A stretch of 62,269 nucleotides of DNA, counting the filler. It is 4 parts of 4 records of this genome, joined end to end, with 100 filler letters (N's around TTAATTAATTAA, not from the genome) between each part and the next. Parts side by side here need not be neighbours in the genome. Positions count along the whole stretch, not along the records: positions 23,597 to 52,705 come from DRR378314_582; 3 more parts are not named here. One strand, given 5' to 3'. Positions 32,772 through 41,983 of the stretch are shown one piece after another. The notes below the pieces were generated by a model. The model saw only the letters and a program-made list of their open reading frames with translations. It did no database searches and was not told the origin of the DNA. A program made the position numbers and the translations under genes. The first letter of the stretch is position 1. Each line of letters begins with the position of its first letter.

Positions 32772-35420
32772 ATGCGTACCAGCCAGCCACAGACCATTTT
32801 CCTCAAGGATTACCGTGTGCCCGCCTTCATGGTGGACCATGTGGATCTGCGATTTGAACTGTTTGAAGACGGGGCGAGGGTTCACTGCACCCTGTCCATG
32901 CGCCGCAACCCCGACAGCGACCATTCGGACAAAAGTCTTGAGTTGGATGGTGACAGCCTGACCACGCTGGAGACAGTCAGTCTGGATGGGAACACGCTTG
33001 CAGATGGTGCCTACGAGGACAGTGTCGACAAACTGGTCATCCATGAGGTGCCGGATCAGTTCGAACTGGGAATCGTCACCTGGACCGAGCCGCAGAACAA
33101 TACGCGCCTGGAAGGCCTCTATAAATCGTCCGGGATGTTTTGCACTCAGTGTGAGGCGGAAGGTTTCCGCTGTATCACCTATTTCCCTGACCGGCCCGAC
33201 GTGATGGCCCGTTTCCGCACTCGCGTAGAAGCGGACAAAACCCGTTACCCCATCCTGTTATCCAACGGCAACGATGTTGAAAAGGGCGACCTGGAAGAAG
33301 GCAGGCACTTTGTGACTTGGGAAGATCCGTTCCCGAAGCCCTGCTACCTGTTTGCTCTGGTGGCTGGTGACCTGGTAGAGAAGCGAGACACCTTTAAGAC
33401 AATGTCCGGTCGTGACATCGACCTGCGCATGTATGTGGAGCCGCGCAATGCCGAGAAGTGCGACCACGCCATGGACTCCCTGAAACGCGCCATGCGTTGG
33501 GATGAAGAGGTTTATGGGCGCGAGTACGATCTGGATATTTTCATGATCGTCGCGGTGGACGACTTCAATATGGGCGCCATGGAGAACAAGGGGTTGAATA
33601 TTTTCAACTCATCGTGCGTGCTGGCGAGCCAGGAAACGGCGACGGACATGGCGTTCCAGCGCATCGAATCCATTGTCGCGCACGAGTATTTCCACAACTG
33701 GTCGGGTAATCGCGTGACCTGTCGTGACTGGTTTCAGCTCAGCCTGAAGGAAGGCTTCACCGTATTTCGGGACTCCCGCTTTTCCGCTGACATGGGGTCG
33801 CCCACGGTCAAGCGGATTGAGGATGCGACGATGCTTCGCACCGCCCAGTTTGCCGAGGATGCGGGGCCGATGGCCCACCCGGTCCGGCCGGAATCCTACA
33901 TGGAAATCTCGAATTTCTACACGATGACGATCTACGAGAAAGGGTCGGAAGTGGTGGGCATGATCCATACGTTGCTCGGCCCCGACCTGTTCCGAAAAGG
34001 CAGTGACCTGTATTTCGAACGGCATGACGGCCAGGCGGTGACGACAGATGACTTTGTCCGCGCCATGGAAGATGCCAGTGGTCGTGACCTGTCACAGTTC
34101 CGTCTCTGGTATGAGCAGTCTGGCACGCCGGAATTGACGGTGCGGGACGAGTTTGATGACACTACCGGCATCTATCGACTGACCATTGATCAGTCCATTC
34201 CGGATACTCCCGGCCAGACCGATAAGAAGCCGCAGCACATTCCGTTCGCTATCGGTCTGCTGGGTGGAGATGGTCAGTCGTTGCCACTGAAACTGGCCGC
34301 GAACGATACCGAAAGCCCGACAGATCGGGTTCTGGAGTTGACCGAAGTCAGCCATACCTTCGAATTCCACGGCCTCTCCGAACGGCCGGTCCCTTCGTTG
34401 TTGAGGGGGTTCTCAGCACCGGTGCGGGTTTTCTACCCGTGGACACGGGAGCAGCTTACCTTCCTGATGAGCCACGACTCCGACGGGTTCAATCGCTGGG
34501 ATGCCGGGCAGCGCCTGGCGGTCGATGTTATCGGCTCGCTGGTGTCGTCCGCAACGGAAGCTGTGGACGCCGGGTTGGTTGATGCATATCGCAGCCTGTT
34601 GGCGGATTCGTCACTGGACCAGGCTCTGGTCGCCAAAATGCTGCAACTGCCATCCGAGGCCTATTTGATTGAGCTGGCTGATAAGCCCAACGTCCCGGCC
34701 ATTCACGGGGCTCGTGAGCGTGTCCTCGAGCACCTGGCGCGGGCCCTCCGGGATGAACTTCTGGCCTGCTACCACCGCAATACCCTGAGCGGTCAATACG
34801 AGGTGACGCCGGAGGCTGTGGCTCGTCGAAGTTTGCGCAATACCGCTCTGGCCTGGCTCCTGCATATCGATGACGAGGAGGGCCTTGCCCTGGCGACCAG
34901 TCAGTTCAATGACTCTGACAACATGACGGATCGAATGGGTGCTCTTCGCGCCCTGGTCAACTCCGACTATGAAATGGAGCGTGCGCAGGCACTTTCCGAA
35001 TTCTACGAACAGTGGAAGGGGGATCCGCAGGTGGTTGAGCAGTGGTTCTCGGTACAGGCGGGCAGTGGCCGCACCGGAGGTCTGCGAATGATCCGCGAGC
35101 TTATGGAGCACCCAGCGTTCGACTGGAAGAACCCCAACAAGATCCGTTCGGTGATTGGTGTGTTTGCCGGCCAGAATCTCCCAGCTTTCCACGCAGAGGA
35201 CGGCACTGGTTATCAGTTCCTGGCCGAGCAGGTGCGGAAACTGGATGACAGCAACCCGCAGATTGCGGCCAGGCTGGTGTCCCCGCTGACCCGCTGGGGG
35301 AAGTTTGCGCCGGTCCACGGCGAACAGATGAGATCGGCGCTGGAGACCATTCGTGACAAGTCCGGCCTGTCCCGGGATGTCTACGAGGTAGTTCACAAGA
35401 GTCTCGCTGGCCAATCGTGA
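32772..35420 (+). CDS. pepN: Aminopeptidase N (M1 family)
   Basis: GAMENKGLNIFN, HEYFHNWSGNRVTCRDWFQLSLKEG. Confidence 0.97.
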   Translation: MRTSQPQTIFLKDYRVPAFMVDHVDLRFELFEDGARVHCTLSMRRNPDSDHSDKSLELDGDSLTTLETVSLDGNTLADGAYEDSVDKLVIHEVPDQFELGIVTWTEPQNNTRLEGLYKSSGMFCTQCEAEGFRCITYFPDRPDVMARFRTRVEADKTRYPILLSNGNDVEKGDLEEGRHFVTWEDPFPKPCYLFALVAGDLVEKRDTFKTMSGRDIDLRMYVEPRNAEKCDHAMDSLKRAMRWDEEVYGREYDLDIFMIVAVDDFNMGAMENKGLNIFNSSCVLASQETATDMAFQRIESIVAHEYFHNWSGNRVTCRDWFQLSLKEGFTVFRDSRFSADMGSPTVKRIEDATMLRTAQFAEDAGPMAHPVRPESYMEISNFYTMTIYEKGSEVVGMIHTLLGPDLFRKGSDLYFERHDGQAVTTDDFVRAMEDASGRDLSQFRLWYEQSGTPELTVRDEFDDTTGIYRLTIDQSIPDTPGQTDKKPQHIPFAIGLLGGDGQSLPLKLAANDTESPTDRVLELTEVSHTFEFHGLSERPVPSLLRGFSAPVRVFYPWTREQLTFLMSHDSDGFNRWDAGQRLAVDVIGSLVSSATEAVDAGLVDAYRSLLADSSLDQALVAKMLQLPSEAYLIELADKPNVPAIHGARERVLEHLARALRDELLACYHRNTLSGQYEVTPEAVARRSLRNTALAWLLHIDDEEGLALATSQFNDSDNMTDRMGALRALVNSDYEMERAQALSEFYEQWKGDPQVVEQWFSVQAGSGRTGGLRMIRELMEHPAFDWKNPNKIRSVIGVFAGQNLPAFHAEDGTGYQFLAEQVRKLDDSNPQIAARLVSPLTRWGKFAPVHGEQMRSALETIRDKSGLSRDVYEVVHKSLAGQS

Positions 35421-35602
35421 CACGAGATCACTCGGGTATCCGCCTGCCGCAACGCGGGGCCTGTCACAGGCGGATACAAAATCGCACTTTCGGTCGATAG
35501 ACAATATTGGCCAATCGGCTACTCTGTCAGGAGCCGATATTCCATGACAACACAATAAGAAAAGCCTTCCATAGGGCTTTCAGACAGGTTTAAGGTTGAA
35601 TA

Positions 35603-36991
35603 ATGACACATAAAAACAACGTGATTCTGAGCAGTCTGTTTGCTCTTTCGGTTTTCGCCCTCCCAGTGACCGCCGCCGTTTCCAGCAGTGAAGCTGCCCG
35701 ATTGGGTAAGAACCTCACGCCGTTTGGTTCCGAGAAAGCCGGTAACGAAGCCGGAACGATTCCCGCGTGGACAGGCGGACTCACCGAAGCCCCTGCAGGC
35801 TACGAAGGTAGTGGTCAGCATCATATCAACCCGTTCCCGGACGACGAGGTGCTGTTCACCATCAGCGCCTCCAACATGGATCAGTACGATGAGTATCTGA
35901 CAGATGGTCTCCGTGCCATGCTCGATACTTATCCCACCACCTTCCGAATTCCGGTCTATAAAAGCCGGCGCACGCACGCCGTGCCGGATTGGGTCGCTGA
36001 AAATACCAAGGAAAATGCCACAGACGCGGAGATAGTCGGCAATGGCGAGGGCATTGACGGTGCATTTGCCGGTTACCCCTTTCCTATCCTTCACGGCAAT
36101 AATGAAGAAAAGGCATGGCAGGTCATCTGGAATCACCTGACTCGCTGGCGTGGGGTTTCCGTGACCCGTCGTTCAAGTGAAGTGGCAGTGCAGCCGGACG
36201 GGGATTACTCCCTGGTGACCTCCCAGCAGGAAGCCTTCTTCAATTATTACAATCCTGAAGGCAGCGAAGAAGAGCTGGATAACGTCATCTTCTACTACCT
36301 GTCGTTTACGCAATCCCCGCCGCGCCTTGCTGGTGGTGCCATTCTGATTCACGAAACCCTGAACCAGATTATCAATCCACGTAATGGCTGGGGCTACAAC
36401 GCTGGCCAGCGCCGTGTTCGTCGTGCCCCCAACCTTGGTTACGACTCTCCGATTGCGGCCGCGGATAACCTGCGAACGGCCGATGATACCGACATCTTTA
36501 ACGGTGCCCTGGACCGGTATAACTGGGATTATGAGGGGATGCGTGAAATTTATGTTCCCTACAACAATTATCGCATTGGTGAGAAGGGAACCCCTTATTC
36601 GGACATCCTGGGTATTTCCCATCTGAATCCGGACCTCACGCGGTGGGAGCTTCATCGTGTGCATGTGGTGGAAGCGACCCTGAAAGAGGGTGAGCGCCAC
36701 ATATACGGCAAGCGTCGCTTCTATGTGGACGCCGATAGCTGGAACACCTTGCTGCTGGATCAATACGATGGCCGTGGTGAGCTCTGGCGCGTGACAATGG
36801 GCCTGGCGAAAAACTACTACGAACTGCCCGGCGTCTGGACGGTTCTGGACGTATACCATGACCTGCAGGCGCGTCGTTATCACGTGCTGGGTCTGGATAC
36901 CGAAGAGGGTTCCACCCGTAAGTTTACCAACGACGTACCGAACCGGCGGTATTTTTCGCCGGCCTCCCTGCGTCGCAGGAGCGTGCGTTAA
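35603..36991 (+). CDS. DUF1329 family periplasmic protein
   Basis: Signal peptide; LTPFGSEKAGN..IPAWTGG, YNAGQRRVRRAP, RWELHRVHVVEATLK..RHIY. Confidence 0.88.
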   Translation: MTHKNNVILSSLFALSVFALPVTAAVSSSEAARLGKNLTPFGSEKAGNEAGTIPAWTGGLTEAPAGYEGSGQHHINPFPDDEVLFTISASNMDQYDEYLTDGLRAMLDTYPTTFRIPVYKSRRTHAVPDWVAENTKENATDAEIVGNGEGIDGAFAGYPFPILHGNNEEKAWQVIWNHLTRWRGVSVTRRSSEVAVQPDGDYSLVTSQQEAFFNYYNPEGSEEELDNVIFYYLSFTQSPPRLAGGAILIHETLNQIINPRNGWGYNAGQRRVRRAPNLGYDSPIAAADNLRTADDTDIFNGALDRYNWDYEGMREIYVPYNNYRIGEKGTPYSDILGISHLNPDLTRWELHRVHVVEATLKEGERHIYGKRRFYVDADSWNTLLLDQYDGRGELWRVTMGLAKNYYELPGVWTVLDVYHDLQARRYHVLGLDTEEGSTRKFTNDVPNRRYFSPASLRRRSVR

Positions 36992-37145
36992 CGTCTTGAC
37001 TCGTTGTCAGGACATGGTTTTCGCCAGAGACGGATGGCGACGGATATACCGGTGGTCGGAAGGCCACCGGTATATTCATAGTATTGGCCGGCGCGACCGG
37101 CGAAATCAGAGTGACACAGTTCAACACAACATATAGGCAATCTGA

Positions 37146-38294
37146 ATGGCTACAAGGTTGATGTGCAAGACTCTGGGAGCGGCCTGTCTTGGACTATCCA
37201 TGGCAATGTCCGCCCCCACGGTGTTTGCGCTTGCAGATATCATCGAAACCCCATCCCGGCCCACCACGCTTGCGCCAGAGAAGCTGCTCAACGATGCCGA
37301 CACGGCGGGTAAAAGAATTGTGGCAGCCGGTGAGCGTGGTCACATCATTTTTTCGGATGATGAAGGTGAGACCTGGGTGCAGGGTGAGGTTCCGGTATCC
37401 GTGACACTGACTGGCGTAGACTTTAGCACTGAGAAGCATGGCTGGGCAGTTGGTCACAGCGGTGTTGTGCTTCATTCAGACGATGCGGGCGAGAGCTGGG
37501 ACCTTCAGTTGACCGGTATCCGCGCTGCCGAACTGGCGATCGAGAGCCGCCAGGAGCAGATCGATGAAATGGAGCAGCGGTTGGAGGAAGCGCCGGAGGA
37601 CGAGAAAGATGACCTCGACTGGGCCTTGGGCGACCTGTATTTCTCGCTTGAAAATCTCCAGGCGGATCTTGAAATCGGCCCGGTGAACCCGTTCCTGGAT
37701 GTCTGGTTTGAAAATGAAAACCACGGTTTTGTTGTCGGTGCCTATGGTATGTTCCTGCGCACTAAGGACGGTGGAAAGACCTGGAAGGACTGGGCGCCCA
37801 AGCTTGATAACCCCAGTAGTTTCCACCTGAACAGTATTGGCCGTATTACTGGCGGCGGCCTGGTTATTGTCGGTGAGGCGGGGCAGATCTTTGTGTCCGT
37901 CGACGGCGGCGACAACTGGGAAAAACGTGAGAGCCCCTATGAAGGCTCGCTGTTCGGGGCGATCGGAACCGGAAATGTGAACGAGATACTCGCGTTCGGT
38001 TTGCGTGGGAACATCTTCTTTTCGTCCGACTTGGGTAGGAGCTGGAAAGTGGTGCCCAGCGAGTCGGACGCAACCCTCAATGATGGCGCGGTGTCCGAAG
38101 ATGGCCGTATCACGTTGGTTGGCAATGGTGGCGCAGTGCTAATGAGCTCCAACGGTGGAGAGACCTTTCGTCCCTATTTCCGGGATGACAGGGAAGGGGT
38201 GATGGATGTCGTCCCCGTATCGGGAACCAATCTTCTGGTTGTGGGCGAGGGTGGCGTAAAGCACACCGACGCCCGCGGCAAGAATCTTCAATAA
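37146..38294 (+). CDS. YCF48-related BNR/Asp-box beta-propeller protein
   Basis: Repeated SxDxGxTW boxes; signal peptide; acidic helical insertion. Confidence 0.88.
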   Translation: MATRLMCKTLGAACLGLSMAMSAPTVFALADIIETPSRPTTLAPEKLLNDADTAGKRIVAAGERGHIIFSDDEGETWVQGEVPVSVTLTGVDFSTEKHGWAVGHSGVVLHSDDAGESWDLQLTGIRAAELAIESRQEQIDEMEQRLEEAPEDEKDDLDWALGDLYFSLENLQADLEIGPVNPFLDVWFENENHGFVVGAYGMFLRTKDGGKTWKDWAPKLDNPSSFHLNSIGRITGGGLVIVGEAGQIFVSVDGGDNWEKRESPYEGSLFGAIGTGNVNEILAFGLRGNIFFSSDLGRSWKVVPSESDATLNDGAVSEDGRITLVGNGGAVLMSSNGGETFRPYFRDDREGVMDVVPVSGTNLLVVGEGGVKHTDARGKNLQ

Positions 38295-38340
38295 CGCCCT
38301 GATGCGGCACCAACAGATAGAAAATTAGAGGGGCTTTTGA

Positions 38341-40725
38341 ATGTCGAACCCGAAGCATGACAAGGGCGAGCATTACCTGACTACACCGAAGGCGGAACCG
38401 TTCCTGGAGCGGCTGATCTTCAACAATCGGGCCATTATCCTGATTGCCTTTTTCTTCCTGACGCTGTTTCTCGGCTACAACGCCGTCAAGATTGAGCCGG
38501 ATGCCAGTTTCGAGCGGATGATTCCGCTGGAGCATCCGTACATCGTCAATATGCTCGAGCACCGGGACGATCTGGAGAACCTGGGCAACTTCGTGCGTAT
38601 CGCCGTGGAAGTGGAAGAGGGCGATATCTTCACTGCCGAGTATATGGAGACCCTGAAGCAGATCACCGACGAGGTGTTCTACCTAAACGGGGTGGACCGT
38701 TCCGGTTTGAAATCACTCTGGACCTCTAACGTTCGCTGGGTAGAAGTCACCGAGCAGGGATTCCAGGGTGGCACGGTGATCCCCGATGGTTACGATGGGT
38801 CTCGGGCCAGTCTTGAGCAACTGCGTCAGAATGTGCTTCGCTCGAACGAAGTAGGGCGCCTGATTTCAGACAACTTCCGTTCAACGATCGTTTACGCTCC
38901 GCTTTATGAGAACAACCCCGAGACTGGCGAGCCGCTGGACTACGGTGAATTCTCGCGTCAGCTGGAAGAAAAAATTCGGGACAAGTACGAAGCGCAGAAC
39001 CCGAACATCGAAATTCACATTGTGGGTTTCGCAAAGAAAGTGGGCGACCTGATTGAGGGTATTGGTTCCATTGCCTGGTTTGCGGGCATTACCATTATCC
39101 TGACAACCCTGTTGCTGTTCGGGTATTCGCGGTGCATTACCGGAACACTGGTTCCGGTATTTACCTCCATCATCGCCGTGTTCCTGCAGCTGGGTACGCT
39201 GAGACTGCTGGGTTATGGCCTTGATCCATACTCCGTGCTGGTTCCATTCCTCGTATTTGCGATCGGTATCAGCCACGGCGTCCAGATCGTGAACGCCATG
39301 GCGGTGGAGGCTGCCAAGGGGTTTGATTCCGTGACCGCGGCCCGTCTGGCTTTCCGGGCGCTCTATATCCCGGGCATGCTGGCTCTGATTTCCGACGCCT
39401 TTGGCTTCCTGACCCTGTTCTTCATTGAAATTGACGTCATCCGGGATCTTGCCGTTGCCGCCGGTATTGGTGTGGCGTTCGTGATCCTGACCAACCTGGT
39501 GTTGCACGTATTGATCATGTCGTACCTTGGCATTTCCAAGGGCGGTGTGCGCCATGTTCAGAATCACGGTGAAAAGCAGGACCGCAAATGGCGCGTTATG
39601 TCTTACTTCGCGCATCCGGGTGTGGCACCGATCTCCTTGTTGATTGCGGTGATTGGTCTGGGTCTGGGCCTCTATTACAAGCAGGGTCTCAAGGTCGGCG
39701 ACCTTGACCAGGGTGCCCCTGAGTTGCGGGCTGATTCCCGTTACAACAAGGACAACGCCTACATCATCGACAACTACTCAACGAGTGCCGATGTATTAGT
39801 GGTAATGGTGAAAACCGAGGAAGAGCAATGTACTCAGTACAACGTTCTCCGCGCGATGGACAATTTGCAGTGGGAGTTGCAGAACACCCCGGGTGTTCAG
39901 TCCTCTGCGTCTTTGGCGGATGTGTCCAAGATCGTTACCAAGGCGCTGAACGAGGGTAACTGGAAGTGGTATGAGATTTCCCGCAACCAGACCATCATTA
40001 ATGCCTCGATTCGTGAGGCGCCGGCTGGCCTGATCAATACCAACTGTGATCTGACGCCGGTGCTTGTGTTCCTTGAGGATCACAAAGCGGAAACGCTGGA
40101 GACGGTCACCGAACGGGTTGAGGAGTTCGCCAGCAACAATAACAGCGACGAATACACGTTCATGCTTGCGGCCGGTAACGCGGGCGTGGAAGCCGCCACA
40201 AACGATGTTATCTCAAGCGCGAAGAACATGATGCTGATCTTCGTCTACGGTGTGGTAGCGACGCTGTGCCTGCTGACGTTCCGTTCGATTCGTGCGGTCC
40301 TGTGTATCCTGATTCCGTTGGGTCTGACGTCGATCCTGGCCGAGGCGATCATGGCGATGTCAGGCATTGGTATCAAGGTGGCGACATTGCCGGTTATTGC
40401 GTTGGGTGTGGGTATCGGTGTCGACTACGGCATTTATATCTACAGCAAGCTTGAGAAATTCCTCTTGGAAGGCAAGACCCTCCAGGAAGCGTATTTCGAG
40501 ACCCTGAGGTCCACCGGTAAGGCGGTTATCTTTACCGGTGTCACACTCGGCATTGGTGTTGTCACCTGGATCTTCTCGCCGATTAAGTTCCAGGCGGATA
40601 TGGGGCTGTTGCTGTTCTTCATGTTCATATGGAACATGGTGGGTTCTATCTGGCTGCTGCCGGCCCTGGCGCGTTTCCTTCTGCGTCCGGATCGTATGGT
40701 TGCCAAGGCCCGCGCGAACCAATAA
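38341..40725 (+). CDS. MMPL/RND family transporter
   Basis: Two TM blocks, FAIGISHGVQ, GVGIGVDYGIY. Confidence 0.9.
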   Translation: MSNPKHDKGEHYLTTPKAEPFLERLIFNNRAIILIAFFFLTLFLGYNAVKIEPDASFERMIPLEHPYIVNMLEHRDDLENLGNFVRIAVEVEEGDIFTAEYMETLKQITDEVFYLNGVDRSGLKSLWTSNVRWVEVTEQGFQGGTVIPDGYDGSRASLEQLRQNVLRSNEVGRLISDNFRSTIVYAPLYENNPETGEPLDYGEFSRQLEEKIRDKYEAQNPNIEIHIVGFAKKVGDLIEGIGSIAWFAGITIILTTLLLFGYSRCITGTLVPVFTSIIAVFLQLGTLRLLGYGLDPYSVLVPFLVFAIGISHGVQIVNAMAVEAAKGFDSVTAARLAFRALYIPGMLALISDAFGFLTLFFIEIDVIRDLAVAAGIGVAFVILTNLVLHVLIMSYLGISKGGVRHVQNHGEKQDRKWRVMSYFAHPGVAPISLLIAVIGLGLGLYYKQGLKVGDLDQGAPELRADSRYNKDNAYIIDNYSTSADVLVVMVKTEEEQCTQYNVLRAMDNLQWELQNTPGVQSSASLADVSKIVTKALNEGNWKWYEISRNQTIINASIREAPAGLINTNCDLTPVLVFLEDHKAETLETVTERVEEFASNNNSDEYTFMLAAGNAGVEAATNDVISSAKNMMLIFVYGVVATLCLLTFRSIRAVLCILIPLGLTSILAEAIMAMSGIGIKVATLPVIALGVGIGVDYGIYIYSKLEKFLLEGKTLQEAYFETLRSTGKAVIFTGVTLGIGVVTWIFSPIKFQADMGLLLFFMFIWNMVGSIWLLPALARFLLRPDRMVAKARANQ

Positions 40726-40745
40726 GATTCGCAACCGCCTGATCG

Positions 40746-40776
40746 AAAAAGCCCGCTCTGCGGGCTTTTTTGTTTT
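40746..40776 (+). terminator. Intrinsic (bidirectional-type) terminator
   Basis: AAAAA-GCCCGC-TCT-GCGGGC-TTTTTT. Confidence 0.85.
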
Positions 40777-40913
40777 CTTGCTCAAGTGGTTAGCGAGCTA
40801 ACCCTTGCTTTATTTATATCCCAAAGTGGTCTATGTTTTAAGGCGAACGTGGAGAGCGTCCGTGTTCTCACATGGGCCAAAAAAAGCAATAACGAACAGA
40901 TAAGGGAAAAGTC

Positions 40914-41897
40914 ATGGCACTGAAACAGAAATTTTCCGCACTTGCAGTTGCAGCAGCGGTCAGCTTCGGAACCGCCTCTACAGCGGTTAACGCGCAGGAG
41001 CAGAAATTTGTCACCATCGGTACCGGAGGGGTAACCGGTGTTTACTATCCGGCTGGTGGTGCGATTTGTCGCCTGGTTAACATGGATCGTAAGGAACATG
41101 GTATCCGCTGCTCCGTAGAGAGCACCGGCGGTTCGGTCTATAACCTGAACGCGATTCGTCAGGGCGAGCTGGATCTGGCGGTCGCCCAGTCTGACTGGCA
41201 GTACCACGCCTACAATGGCACCAGCCAGTTTGAGGAAGACGGGAAGAACGAGAAGCTGCGTGCCGTGTTCTCGCTGCACCCCGAGCCGTTCACGGTGGTT
41301 GCCAGCAAGGGGTCCGGCATCAAGACCTTTGAAGACCTTGAAGGCAAGCGAGTGTCTGTGGGTAACCCCGGTTCTGGCCAGCGTGCCACTGCGGAAGTGC
41401 TGATGGACGAAATGGGCTGGACCATGGACAAGTTCTCGCTGCCGGCGGAACTGAAGGCGGCTGAGCAGTCCCAGGCCCTGTGTGACGGCAACATTGATGC
41501 GTTCTTCTATACCGTTGGACACCCTTCCGGTGCCATCAAGGAAGCAACCACGTCGTGTGACAGTGTTATTGTCAGCGTCAACAATGAGGCCACCAAGAAG
41601 CTGGTTGCAGACAACCCGTACTACCGTGAAGCGGTCATTCCGGGTGGCATGTACCGCGGGTCTGACGACGACGTGACCACGTTTGGTGTGGCCGCAACCT
41701 TCGTATCGTCTACAGACGTATCCGAAGACGTCGTCTATGAAGTGGTCAAGGCGGTGTTCGAGAACTTTGACAGCTTCAAGCGCCTGCATCCTGCGTTTGC
41801 CAACCTGAAGAAAGAGGAAATGGTATCTGACGCGCTGAGTGCTCCCCTGCATCCGGGCGCGGCGAAATACTACAAAGAAGCCGGCCTGATCGACTGA
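40914..41897 (+). CDS. TAXI-family TRAP solute-binding protein
   Basis: [32 protein letters not shown]. Confidence 0.93.
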   Translation: MALKQKFSALAVAAAVSFGTASTAVNAQEQKFVTIGTGGVTGVYYPAGGAICRLVNMDRKEHGIRCSVESTGGSVYNLNAIRQGELDLAVAQSDWQYHAYNGTSQFEEDGKNEKLRAVFSLHPEPFTVVASKGSGIKTFEDLEGKRVSVGNPGSGQRATAEVLMDEMGWTMDKFSLPAELKAAEQSQALCDGNIDAFFYTVGHPSGAIKEATTSCDSVIVSVNNEATKKLVADNPYYREAVIPGGMYRGSDDDVTTFGVAATFVSSTDVSEDVVYEVVKAVFENFDSFKRLHPAFANLKKEEMVSDALSAPLHPGAAKYYKEAGLID

Positions 41898-41983
41898 TCC
41901 TGTAACCGGTAAAATGACACCGCGGTCAGTTCTGCCCGCGGTGTTTTAATCTCCGACCCGCTTTATTCTTACAGGATCCAGCT

